A stretch of DNA of 64,000 nt from Bacilli bacterium (lineage in GTDB: Bacteria; Bacillota_I; Bacilli_A; ML615J-28; CAG-698): the NCBI GenBank assembly GCA_050953065.1, contig JBMNLZ010000002.1, forward strand, positions 448,001 to 512,000, written 5' to 3'. The notes beneath the pieces are model-generated. The model had not been told where the DNA came from. It was given only the letters and a program-made list of their open reading frames with translations, and did not search any database. Below, in pieces: positions 40,204 through 49,054 of the stretch (positions are counted from its first letter, which is position 1; each line of letters starts with the position of its first letter). The translations under genes and the position numbers were made by a program.

Positions 40204-41848
40204 AAAGATTTGTTTTTGCAAAAGCATAAGCTTCTTCAAATGTATTAAATATTTTATCACTTCCGATAAGATCAATAAATAAAGCTTTAGTAAGTGCTTT
40301 TTTAGGTTGTTCATTTAATTTAGAAATTAAAATAGTAATACCTTTAGATTGACATTTTTGAATAGCTAATTTTAATGATTGCATTGCTGTTGCATCAATT
40401 GCAGGGACATCTTTCATTTCAATTATTAGATATTTAATATTGGGTTGAATTTGTTTTATTGCATTAGTAAATTTATAAGCTGTACCAAAGAAGAAAGGTC
40501 CATTTATTTTATATGTTGCTATATCTTTTAGATCTTTTTCTAAAACTAAAGTTTCACTATTCATATTTTCTGCAAACTCTAGAGATTCAACAGTAGACAC
40601 TTCACTCATTCTCTTCATAAATAGTAACATTGATAAAGCAAGTCCTACTCCAATTGCAGAGATTAAACTAACTCCAATTGCAAAAAAGAAAGTTGCTACT
40701 AAAATTAATGTATCGCTTTTTGGAGCTTTGAATAAACTTACAAACCTTCTCCATTCACTCATATTATAAGCTGCTACAAATAAAATTGCAGCAAAAGCAG
40801 AAAGTGGAACTAGTTGAATTAATGGTGTTAGAGAAACTAAGAAAAGCAATAATACAATAGAATGAATAATTCCTGCGATTGGTGTTCTAGCACCATTTCT
40901 TAAATTAGCTACTGTTCTAGCAAGACCGCCTGTAACAGGAATTCCAGTAAAGACAGCAGAAGTAATATTAGCTGCTCCTTGAGCCATTAATTCTACATTT
41001 GAATTATGTGTATCTTCAATCATTCTATCAGAGACTACTGCAGATAGAAGTGCTACCATTGCACTTAAGAAGGCAATAACAAAGGCATTAGGGATTAATG
41101 CTACAACTCTTTCAAAAGTTACAGCTGGAATTGTAGGAATAGGAATACTTGTAGATAGTTTACCAAAAGTAGAACCGATTGTTGCAACACTATCTAAACT
41201 AAAAAGATTAACAATTAAAGTAGCTACAACAAGTGCAATTAAAGTGGCTGGTATTTTTTTAACATACTTTAGTTTAGGCCAAAAGATAATTATTAAAAGT
41301 GATATTATACCAATTAAAGTTGTAGTAAAATTAATGTTTTTAAAGTTTGTAATATAGGCCCACCATTTTGGAAAAAATTTTGCTGGAATATCAGTCATAC
41401 CTAAACCAAAGAAATCATTGATTTGAGATGAAAAAATAATCATAGCAATTCCACTTGTAAAACCAGTTACTAAAGGAAAGGGGATAAATTTTATAAGGCT
41501 TCCTAGTTTTAGTAAACCAAAACCTATCATTATGATACCTGCCATTATTGTAGCAATTATCAAACCATCAAATCCAAATCCTGCTATGACGCCTAATACT
41601 ACCATCATAAAAGCACCGGTTGGTCCTCCGATTTGGATTCTACTTCCTCCTAATAAAGAAACCATGAACCCACCAAAAATAGCGGTGTATAAACCTTGTT
41701 CAGGTGTAACACCTGATGCAATTCCAAAAGCAATGGATAATGGTAGCGCAATTACTGCTACAATAATTCCAGAGATTAAATCTTTTAGAAATTGTTGCCA
41801 TGTATAATTTTTTAAAACACTAAAAATTCTTGGTTTAAATTCGTTCAT
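40202..41848 (-). CDS. SulP/SLC26 anion permease with STAS domain
   Basis: ALPLSIAFGIASG, QIGGPTGAF, GFTSGIA, ARTPIAGIIH, INGPFFFG, IDATA. Confidence 0.93.
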   Translation of the reverse strand: MNEFKPRIFSVLKNYTWQQFLKDLISGIIVAVIALPLSIAFGIASGVTPEQGLYTAIFGGFMVSLLGGSRIQIGGPTGAFMMVVLGVIAGFGFDGLIIATIMAGIIMIGFGLLKLGSLIKFIPFPLVTGFTSGIAMIIFSSQINDFFGLGMTDIPAKFFPKWWAYITNFKNINFTTTLIGIISLLIIIFWPKLKYVKKIPATLIALVVATLIVNLFSLDSVATIGSTFGKLSTSIPIPTIPAVTFERVVALIPNAFVIAFLSAMVALLSAVVSDRMIEDTHNSNVELMAQGAANITSAVFTGIPVTGGLARTVANLRNGARTPIAGIIHSIVLLLFLVSLTPLIQLVPLSAFAAILFVAAYNMSEWRRFVSLFKAPKSDTLILVATFFFAIGVSLISAIGVGLALSMLLFMKRMSEVSTVESLEFAENMNSETLVLEKDLKDIATYKINGPFFFGTAYKFTNAIKQIQPNIKYLIIEMKDVPAIDATAMQSLKLAIQKCQSKGITILISKLNEQPKKALTKALFIDLIGSDKIFNTFEEAYAFAKTNL

Positions 41849-42045
41849 AATCATCTCCCTTTTATTTATCAAACTAACTCATTTTAAACTTTTAATCATT
41901 TAAAGTCAAGATACTTAAGCAAAGATTATTACACATGTATTTATTTCTTTAAAAACATCAGATTAAATTGAAAAAAGTATTTGGTTGTGTTAGAATGTAC
42001 ATAGGAATTAAGAAAGAATAATTTAAAAATAATCGGAGAAAAATT

Positions 42046-42909
42046 ATGAAAATTAAACAAAACAAAATAATGATAATAATGATATCAGTTAGTGCATTTA
42101 TATTTTTCTTATCACTTATATCTTTGATTTTTGGTGATGAACTTGAAGAAATGTTTAATGTAATTGGAATAAGAATCGCTGTGCTAATTGTAGCATTTGC
42201 TTCTTTTTGCTCGTCTACATTATTTAGTTTACTTATTTTAGTTCATAATAGAACGGTAGTTAAAATTAATGATGACACTAATAAAAGAGCAGAACTTTTT
42301 AGAGAATTACAATTTGCATCTAGTAATTATTCAATCATTGAGTTTATGGATCGTATGTTGATTTATGATGAATCTTCTAGGTATGTTGATAAATTTGTTA
42401 AAAGAAAACTGTTAGATTTTCATATGTTAGATAGTTCAATAAAAGAAGAAGACGTATATGATAACCCAGATTCATTTACTTATTTATCTGTAAAAATACC
42501 TTTTAGAGTAATTGAAGGTAAAATGACTTCTAATATTAGTATTAGAAAATTAAAATTTGAAAGAGATGATCTTAATTTTATTTTTGTTACTCCGCCTTCA
42601 TTAAAGGAAACTACTACTTATTTGTTATATAATGAACATACTAAAAGAAATAATATTATTGTTAACATTATTGTTCATAAGGATTCTGTTTTTTTTGATA
42701 AAAAGAAATTAAATGTTTTTTCAAAAATTAAAATAGATATTACAATAACAAGTCTTTTAGGCGTTAATGTTAAAGGTGTTAGTGAGTTATTCTTTACTAA
42801 CCCAGAACAAATTGAAGGAGATGGAACAAGTACTTATCGAATAAACTCATCTAACTTTTTACTTGTTGCTCCGCCTACTATTAAAAATTTGTTTGAAGAT
42901 GAAGAATAA
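42046..42909 (+). CDS. Hypothetical protein with two N-terminal TM helices
   Basis: 287-aa ORF with GGAG SD; no motif recognised. Confidence 0.7.
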   Translation: MKIKQNKIMIIMISVSAFIFFLSLISLIFGDELEEMFNVIGIRIAVLIVAFASFCSSTLFSLLILVHNRTVVKINDDTNKRAELFRELQFASSNYSIIEFMDRMLIYDESSRYVDKFVKRKLLDFHMLDSSIKEEDVYDNPDSFTYLSVKIPFRVIEGKMTSNISIRKLKFERDDLNFIFVTPPSLKETTTYLLYNEHTKRNNIIVNIIVHKDSVFFDKKKLNVFSKIKIDITITSLLGVNVKGVSELFFTNPEQIEGDGTSTYRINSSNFLLVAPPTIKNLFEDEE

Positions 42910-42927
42910 ATAAAAGAAGAGGTCAAG

Positions 42928-43794
42928 ATGTTACTTAATCTTGTTGCAAATTATGATTTAAAAAGTATTCTTTTTGCTTTTGGATTAACTTTAATTGCAG
43001 GACTATCAACTGGAATTGGTAGTTTATTAGCAATGTTTACTAAAACTACTAGTAAGAAGTTTTTATCAATTAGTTTAGGAATGTCAGCTGGAGTTATGAT
43101 TTATATCTCTTTTGTTGAGTTGCTTAATGAATCTTTTGAAGCTTTAAAGACTGAACTTGGTGAATCGTTAGGTCCTTGGATAACTATTATATCGTTTTTT
43201 GTTGGGATGGGGATTATAGCGATAATTGATAAGGTAATACCTGAGGCTAAAAATCCACATGAAGCTTTAAAGATAGAAGAAATAGATGATGAAAAATGTG
43301 TTACGGTTGAATGTAGTGATGAGAAAGAAAAAAAGCTAAAACAAAGGCAATTATTAAAAACAGGGATTCTAACAGCTGTAGTAATTGGTATTCATAACTT
43401 TCCTGAAGGAATTGCAACATTTATTTCAGCTTTAACTAATCCAACACTTGCAATTGGTGTAACAATTGCGATTGCGCTTCATAACATTCCAGAAGGAATT
43501 TCAGTTTATGTTCCGATATATTATGCAACTGGTGATAAGAAAAAAGCCTTTCTATTATCTTTTTTATCAGGACTAGCTGAACCGATTGGAGCGTTATTTG
43601 GATTTTTAATTTTAATGCCATTTTTGTCTATGACAATGTTTGGAATTTTATATGCTGCAGTTGCTGGGATAATGGTCTTTATTTCACTTGATGAACTATT
43701 ACCAGCAGCAAGAGAATACGGAGAACCACACTTAGCAATCTATGGGATGGTTTTTGGAATGATTATAATGGCGGTTAGTTTATTATTATTTTAA
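42928..43794 (+). CDS. zupT: ZIP-family zinc transporter
   Basis: AGLSTGIG, SAGVMIYISFVE, IHNFPEG, LHNIPEG, SGLAEPIG, SLDELLP. Confidence 0.93.
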   Translation: MLLNLVANYDLKSILFAFGLTLIAGLSTGIGSLLAMFTKTTSKKFLSISLGMSAGVMIYISFVELLNESFEALKTELGESLGPWITIISFFVGMGIIAIIDKVIPEAKNPHEALKIEEIDDEKCVTVECSDEKEKKLKQRQLLKTGILTAVVIGIHNFPEGIATFISALTNPTLAIGVTIAIALHNIPEGISVYVPIYYATGDKKKAFLLSFLSGLAEPIGALFGFLILMPFLSMTMFGILYAAVAGIMVFISLDELLPAAREYGEPHLAIYGMVFGMIIMAVSLLLF

Positions 43795-43805
43795 GGGGGT
43801 GTAAG

Positions 43806-44579
43806 ATGAAAGAAGTTTTAAAAGTAGAAGGCGTTACTAAAACCTTTAAGCTTTCAAAAAAACAACAAAAAATCGAAAAAACAAATGAAAAAGTTAAAGT
43901 TGCTGTCAATGATTTATCGTTTGTTGCTTATGAAAATGAAATTTTTGGATTGTTAGGTCCAAATGGAGCAGGGAAAACGACAACTTTAAGAATGATTTCA
44001 ACATTGATTAAACCAGATAGTGGAGATATTTATGTCAATGGAAGAAGTGTTGTAAAAGAGCCTTCAAAAGCAAGAGGAGAGTTAGGTTTTTTAACTAGTG
44101 AGTTAAAGTTAGAAGATTTCTTTACTCCAAACTATTTATTTGACTTTTTTTCTAAACTTCATAATGTAGATGAAAATGCAAGAAATGAAAGAAAAGAAAG
44201 ACTTTTTAAAAAGTTTGGAATAGATGAGTTTGCTGAGGTTAAGATTGGAGAGTTATCTTCTGGAATGAAACAAAAAATATCATTGGTTATTTCAATGGTT
44301 CATGATCCTAAAATTATTATTTTTGATGAGCCTACTAACGGACTTGATGTTTTAACAGCAAAAACTGTAACTGATTTTTTGGTAGATTTAAAAAAACAAG
44401 GGAAAACTATTATTCTTTCTACACATATTTTTAGTTTAGCAGAAAAACTTTGTGATAGAGTAGGAATTATTTTTGATGGGAAAATGGTTGTTTGCGATAC
44501 TCTTGTTAAGATTACGGAAAAAGAAAACTTAGAAGATTTATTCTTCACGTTATATAAAAGAAAAGCAGGTGAGGAATAA
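43806..44579 (+). CDS. ABC exporter ATPase (NatA-like)
   Basis: GPNGAGKTT, LSSGMKQK, IIFDEPTNGLDV, STH. Confidence 0.9.
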   Translation: MKEVLKVEGVTKTFKLSKKQQKIEKTNEKVKVAVNDLSFVAYENEIFGLLGPNGAGKTTTLRMISTLIKPDSGDIYVNGRSVVKEPSKARGELGFLTSELKLEDFFTPNYLFDFFSKLHNVDENARNERKERLFKKFGIDEFAEVKIGELSSGMKQKISLVISMVHDPKIIIFDEPTNGLDVLTAKTVTDFLVDLKKQGKTIILSTHIFSLAEKLCDRVGIIFDGKMVVCDTLVKITEKENLEDLFFTLYKRKAGEE

Positions 44580-45760
44580 TGAAAAATATCAAAACTATAA
44601 TTTCAAAAGAATTATTTAGATTTTTTAAGGATATTCGAATTGTCATTACAACTTTAATACTTCCTGGGTTGTTGATTTTTACTTTATATAGTTTAATGGG
44701 ACCAGCTATTACTTCTAGTTTTACACCAGATAAAGAATATGTTGGAACGGTATACGTTGCAAATTATCCTGAAAGTGTAGAAGCAGTTTTTGAAGCAGGG
44801 GAGTTAAATGTTAACATAACTGAAATAGAAAACAGTGAAATAGATGCTAAAAAAGAATTGGTGGTTGCTGGAGAGGCTGAGTTAGTAGTGGTATTTCCTA
44901 ATGATTTTGATACAGATGTTATAGGTTATGATCCATCAAGTGGATTGGCTGCTCCTCATATTGAAATGTATTATAATTCTTCAAAAACTGAATCAATGAA
45001 TTTATATAATATCTTTCTATCTATTTTAGATGTTTATGAAAGTTCAATGGCTAATAAGTTTGATGTTAATTTACCAGGTGGAGATTTTGATTTAGCTGAT
45101 GAAAAAGATGTTATGGGTATGGTTCTTTCAATGTTATTACCTTTCTTGATTATTACATTCTTATTTAGTGGTTGTATGGCTGTTGCACCTGAATCTATAG
45201 CTGGTGAAAAAGAAAGAGGTACTATTGCAACATTGCTTGTTACTACGATTAAGAGAAGTGAACTTGCAATTGGAAAGATAATTAGTTTAAGCATTATCGC
45301 AACTTTAAGTGCTTTGAGTAGTTTTTTAGGAACGATGTTATCATTTCCTAAAATGATGGGGCCTGAAATGGATGGTGTAAATGCTATAGCATATGGAGTT
45401 TTAGATTATGTGGCTTTACTTTTTGTAATTATGTCAACAGTTTTAGTTTTGATAACTTTAGTATCAATAATTTCAGCTTTTGCAAAGACTGTAAAAGAAG
45501 CAACGACTTTAGTAATGCCTTTAATGATCGCAATCTTTTTAGTAGGCCTTACAGCAATGTTTGCTGGAGCTAGCAGTCAAGCAATCCTATATTTAATTCC
45601 AATTTATAATAGTGTTCATGTTATGGCTAATATATTCAGTTATAATTTTAATTTACTACATTTCCTTATCACTATTATTAGTAATATTATGTGGACCGGA
45701 TTATTAGTATTTTTATTAACTAAAATGTTTAATAGTGAAAAGATTATGTTTTCTAAATAA
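44579..45760 (+). CDS. ABC-2 type permease (NatB-like)
   Basis: KELFRFFKD, ESIAGEKERGTIATLL, AKTVKEA. Confidence 0.88.
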   Translation: MKNIKTIISKELFRFFKDIRIVITTLILPGLLIFTLYSLMGPAITSSFTPDKEYVGTVYVANYPESVEAVFEAGELNVNITEIENSEIDAKKELVVAGEAELVVVFPNDFDTDVIGYDPSSGLAAPHIEMYYNSSKTESMNLYNIFLSILDVYESSMANKFDVNLPGGDFDLADEKDVMGMVLSMLLPFLIITFLFSGCMAVAPESIAGEKERGTIATLLVTTIKRSELAIGKIISLSIIATLSALSSFLGTMLSFPKMMGPEMDGVNAIAYGVLDYVALLFVIMSTVLVLITLVSIISAFAKTVKEATTLVMPLMIAIFLVGLTAMFAGASSQAILYLIPIYNSVHVMANIFSYNFNLLHFLITIISNIMWTGLLVFLLTKMFNSEKIMFSK

Positions 45761-45764
45761 ACAA

Positions 45765-45792
45765 AAGACCTTAAGTTTTTTCTTAAGGTCTT
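45765..45792. terminator. Bidirectional terminator
   Basis: AAGACCTTAAG-TTTTTT-CTTAAGGTCTT between convergent genes. Confidence 0.75.
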
Positions 45793-46273
45793 AATAAATT
45801 TTTTTATTACTTTCTTTGTATTCTTTAAATAATTCAAGACATTTTTCTTGATCTTGGATTGAGAGTTTTAAAATATTAATGTTTTTGCAGTCGCTCTTTA
45901 AAAAATCATAAATTTTTTCATCTCTAAAACCTATTTCATTGGTTTGTTTGACATCACAACCATAATAAACAGTTTTAATATTTGACCAAATAATTGCACC
46001 AAGACACATCGGGCAAGGGAAAGCAGTAGTGAAAAGTATACAGTTGCTTAAGTCATAAGTTTTCATTTTTGTTGTGGCTTGTCTAATTGCATTGATTTCT
46101 GCATGGGCAGTAGGATCGTTATCTTTTAGAACGGTATTAGAACTTATAGCAACAACTTTTCCCTTTTCATCAATGATAGCGGCTCCAAAAGGACCACCAT
46201 AATTTTTGTTCATAGTTTTCCTTGCTTGTTTAATTGCCATTTCCATTAATTCTTCATTCGCTTTTTTTGCCAT
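45791..46273 (-). CDS. Zn-dependent nucleoside/guanine deaminase (cytidine-deaminase fold)
   Basis: GGPFGA, DPTAHAEINAIR, PCPMCLGAIIW, GFRD. Confidence 0.9.
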   Translation of the reverse strand: MAKKANEELMEMAIKQARKTMNKNYGGPFGAAIIDEKGKVVAISSNTVLKDNDPTAHAEINAIRQATTKMKTYDLSNCILFTTAFPCPMCLGAIIWSNIKTVYYGCDVKQTNEIGFRDEKIYDFLKSDCKNINILKLSIQDQEKCLELFKEYKESNKKIY

Positions 46274-46394
46274 TTTCTCCCCTAACTTATATTTAAATTA
46301 TACATAGTTTGAAATTTCTTGTCAAATAGTTTTTAAAATAAGGCTTTATTAAAATAAAAAATATGATATAATTAAAAAAGTATATGGAGGACAT

Positions 46395-47519
46395 ATGAAA
46401 AAAACAGTTAAAAGCATTTTAATTATATTGTTAAGTTTTATAATTTTTTTAGTAGTTGTTGTAGGTGGATATATAGGATATATTAGCATTCAATATTATA
46501 GAATAAAAGATTTAAAAGACTTAACTGAAGATATTGAAGAGAATGCTTTGCCAGTTGCACTTGTTAATCAAGAATATAGCGCAGTTGCTTATAATATTGG
46601 TTTTGGGGCATATGATAGAGAGTACTCATTCTTTATGGATAAAGGAACAATGCAAGATGGCACTAAAACTGTTGGTAAATACGGTAAAGCTGTCTCTAAA
46701 GCAAGAGCCTTAATTAATACTAATGGTGCTATTGATTTAGCAAAAGCTTTAGATGCTAATTTTTATTTATTCCAAGAAGTAGATGTTCAGTCAAATAGAT
46801 GTCATGGAATTAATCAATACCAAAAATTAAAAGAAAAATTTGAAGACTATATTACAACTTTTGGTTATAATTTTCATACAGCGTATTTGTTTTATCCATT
46901 TCATGATCCGCATGGTATAACAAAAAGTGGACTTGCAACATTTTCAAACCTTAAAATTACAAGTTCTATTAGACATCAACTTCCGGTTGATTTGTCTTTT
47001 CCAAATAAGTTTTTTGATTTAGATAGATGTTTTGTTGTAAATAGAATTCCAACCTCAAATGCTAAAGAACTAGTGATGATAAATGTTCATTTATCTGCAT
47101 ATGATGAGGGTGGAATTATTAGAGCTAAACAATTAGAAGTTTTAAAAAGTCTTTTAGAAAAAGAATATCAATTAGGAAATTATGTAATCGCAGGTGGAGA
47201 TTTTAATCATGATATTGCATCAACTCTAAATTTATTTCCAACAACACAAAAATTACCAGAATGGATTTTTGTTTTAGAAGAATCTCAACTTCCAACTGGT
47301 TTTAGATTTGGAAGTTCATCGCTTGCTCCAACATGTAGAGCATCAGATATTCCTTGGGAAGAAGGAGTTAATTATACTGTTACGATAGATGGCTTTGTAG
47401 TATCGGATAATGTTGAAATTATAGCAGTTGAAAATATTGTAAACTTAAATGGTCAGGATGTAAACTTTATATATAGTGACCACAATCCTGTAAAATTGTC
47501 TTTTAAATTAATAGATTAA
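46395..47519 (+). CDS. Membrane-anchored endonuclease/exonuclease/phosphatase family protein
   Basis: YNIGFG, FQEVD, NVHLSAY, GGDFN, IDGF, SDHNPV; N-terminal TM. Confidence 0.9.
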   Translation: MKKTVKSILIILLSFIIFLVVVVGGYIGYISIQYYRIKDLKDLTEDIEENALPVALVNQEYSAVAYNIGFGAYDREYSFFMDKGTMQDGTKTVGKYGKAVSKARALINTNGAIDLAKALDANFYLFQEVDVQSNRCHGINQYQKLKEKFEDYITTFGYNFHTAYLFYPFHDPHGITKSGLATFSNLKITSSIRHQLPVDLSFPNKFFDLDRCFVVNRIPTSNAKELVMINVHLSAYDEGGIIRAKQLEVLKSLLEKEYQLGNYVIAGGDFNHDIASTLNLFPTTQKLPEWIFVLEESQLPTGFRFGSSSLAPTCRASDIPWEEGVNYTVTIDGFVVSDNVEIIAVENIVNLNGQDVNFIYSDHNPVKLSFKLID

Positions 47520-47540
47520 TATTTAAAACGAGGTAAGTAT

Positions 47541-48278
47541 ATGAGAGATTATTCAAGCGAATTAGAAAAAAGAATTGCTTTTATTAAGGAAGCACTTAAA
47601 AATGCTAACGCTAAAGGTTTGATTTTTGGTAATAGTGGCGGAAAAGACAGTGCACTAGTTGCCATACTTTGTAAAGCTGCATGTGAAAATACGTTAGGAG
47701 TTATTATGCCTTGTGAATCAAAACAAAATTATAATCAAGATACAATAGATGCTTTAGAAATAGCTAAAAAGTTTAATATTGAAACAAGAACAATTGATTT
47801 AACTAAAACAAAAAAAACTTTAGTTGAAAGTATAAATAAAAGTAAAAGAATAGAAGGTTCAGGTATAACAAATATTGCTCCTCGTCTAAGAATGACAACT
47901 CTATATACAATTGCAGCTTTTGAAAATAGATTAGTAGTTGGAACTGGAAATAAAAGTGAAATTTTTATGGGATATTTTACTAAATGGGGTGATGGTGCTT
48001 TTGATATAAATCCGATTGCTGATTTATCGGTTTCAGAAGTATATGAATTTCTTGCTTATTTAAATGCTCCAAAAAGCATTTTAGAAAAGGTTCCTTCAGC
48101 AGGCTTGTTTGAAGGCCAAACTGATGAACTTGAAATGGGTGTAAGTTATAAAGCGATTGAAGCTTATATGAAGGGGCTAGAAGTTTCTAAAGAAGAAAAA
48201 GAAATTATTGAAAGATACCATAGAAATACAGAACATAAAAGAGTTAAACCTAAAATATATGGTGATAATAATAAATAG
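47541..48278 (+). CDS. nadE: NH3-dependent NAD+ synthetase
   Basis: SGGKDS, NIAPRLRM, GTGNKSE, GYFTKWGDG, PSAGLFEGQTDE, EHKR. Confidence 0.95.
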   Translation: MRDYSSELEKRIAFIKEALKNANAKGLIFGNSGGKDSALVAILCKAACENTLGVIMPCESKQNYNQDTIDALEIAKKFNIETRTIDLTKTKKTLVESINKSKRIEGSGITNIAPRLRMTTLYTIAAFENRLVVGTGNKSEIFMGYFTKWGDGAFDINPIADLSVSEVYEFLAYLNAPKSILEKVPSAGLFEGQTDELEMGVSYKAIEAYMKGLEVSKEEKEIIERYHRNTEHKRVKPKIYGDNNK

Positions 48279-48298
48279 AGTTTTAAAACTCTATTTTT
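48273..48298 (+). terminator. Intrinsic terminator
   Basis: Palindrome AAATAGAGTTTTAAAACTCTATTT plus T tail. Confidence 0.7.
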
Positions 48299-48325
48299 CT
48301 ATTGTTTAATTTAGGAGGTAACACA

Positions 48326-48427
48326 ATGGATGTTGAATATATTAGTTTGATTTTATATTTTGTATTAGTAATAGTTGGATTAGCATTTGCTAATCTAAAA
48401 TTTAAAAAGCGAGAGTTTATAGTTTAA
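48326..48427 (+). CDS. 33-aa single-TM small protein (not in the ORF track)
   Basis: AGGAGGT SD; MDVEYISLILYFVLVIVGLAFANLKFKKREFIV*; TAATG overlap with the next start. Confidence 0.7.
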   Translation: MDVEYISLILYFVLVIVGLAFANLKFKKREFIV

Positions 48428-48927
48428 TGAGAATTTTTTATGCAATTAACTTTTCTGATGATGTTAAGGAAAAACTTTATCAATATATTATAAAAAATAA
48501 AGGGCTGAAAGCATCTTTTACAAGAAAAGAAAATATTCATTTAACAATTTATTTTGTTGGAGAAATTAATTATGTTGATTTAGACTTCTATATTGGAGTA
48601 TTAGACAAAGTAAAGTTTAATAATTTTGAAATAGAAGTAGAAGGGTTTGATTTCTTTCATAAAAAAGATGGAAGTATTTGGCATTTAAAAATTAGGAATA
48701 ATCTATCTTTAGATAATCTATTCAAACAAATTGCAAGCAGCATGAATTTAAATAAAATGAATTTTACTCCACACATTACTCTTGCTAGAAGAGTAACAGA
48801 TCCTAAAGAAATCATTAAGAACGATATAGAAATTGATAAAATTAAAGTTGATTCTATATCATTAATGGAGTCAAAATTTGTTGACAACAAACTAGTTTAT
48901 ACTGAAATCATTAAAAAACAAATTTAA
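48427..48927 (+). CDS. thpR: RNA 2',3'-cyclic phosphodiesterase (2H phosphoesterase)
   Basis: MRIFYAI, ENIHLTI, FTPHITLAR, LMES...YT. Confidence 0.9.
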   Translation: MRIFYAINFSDDVKEKLYQYIIKNKGLKASFTRKENIHLTIYFVGEINYVDLDFYIGVLDKVKFNNFEIEVEGFDFFHKKDGSIWHLKIRNNLSLDNLFKQIASSMNLNKMNFTPHITLARRVTDPKEIIKNDIEIDKIKVDSISLMESKFVDNKLVYTEIIKKQI

Positions 48928-49054
48928 TCTTAAAACAATCATAAAATAAAGCAATTTTGAAAGTGCTTTCTTGAAGAAACATTATCTCTATGTTATAATT
49001 TAATTAGGAAGATATTGAATAAAAGGAGTGCGCATTTTTAGCGCAAAAGATGAA

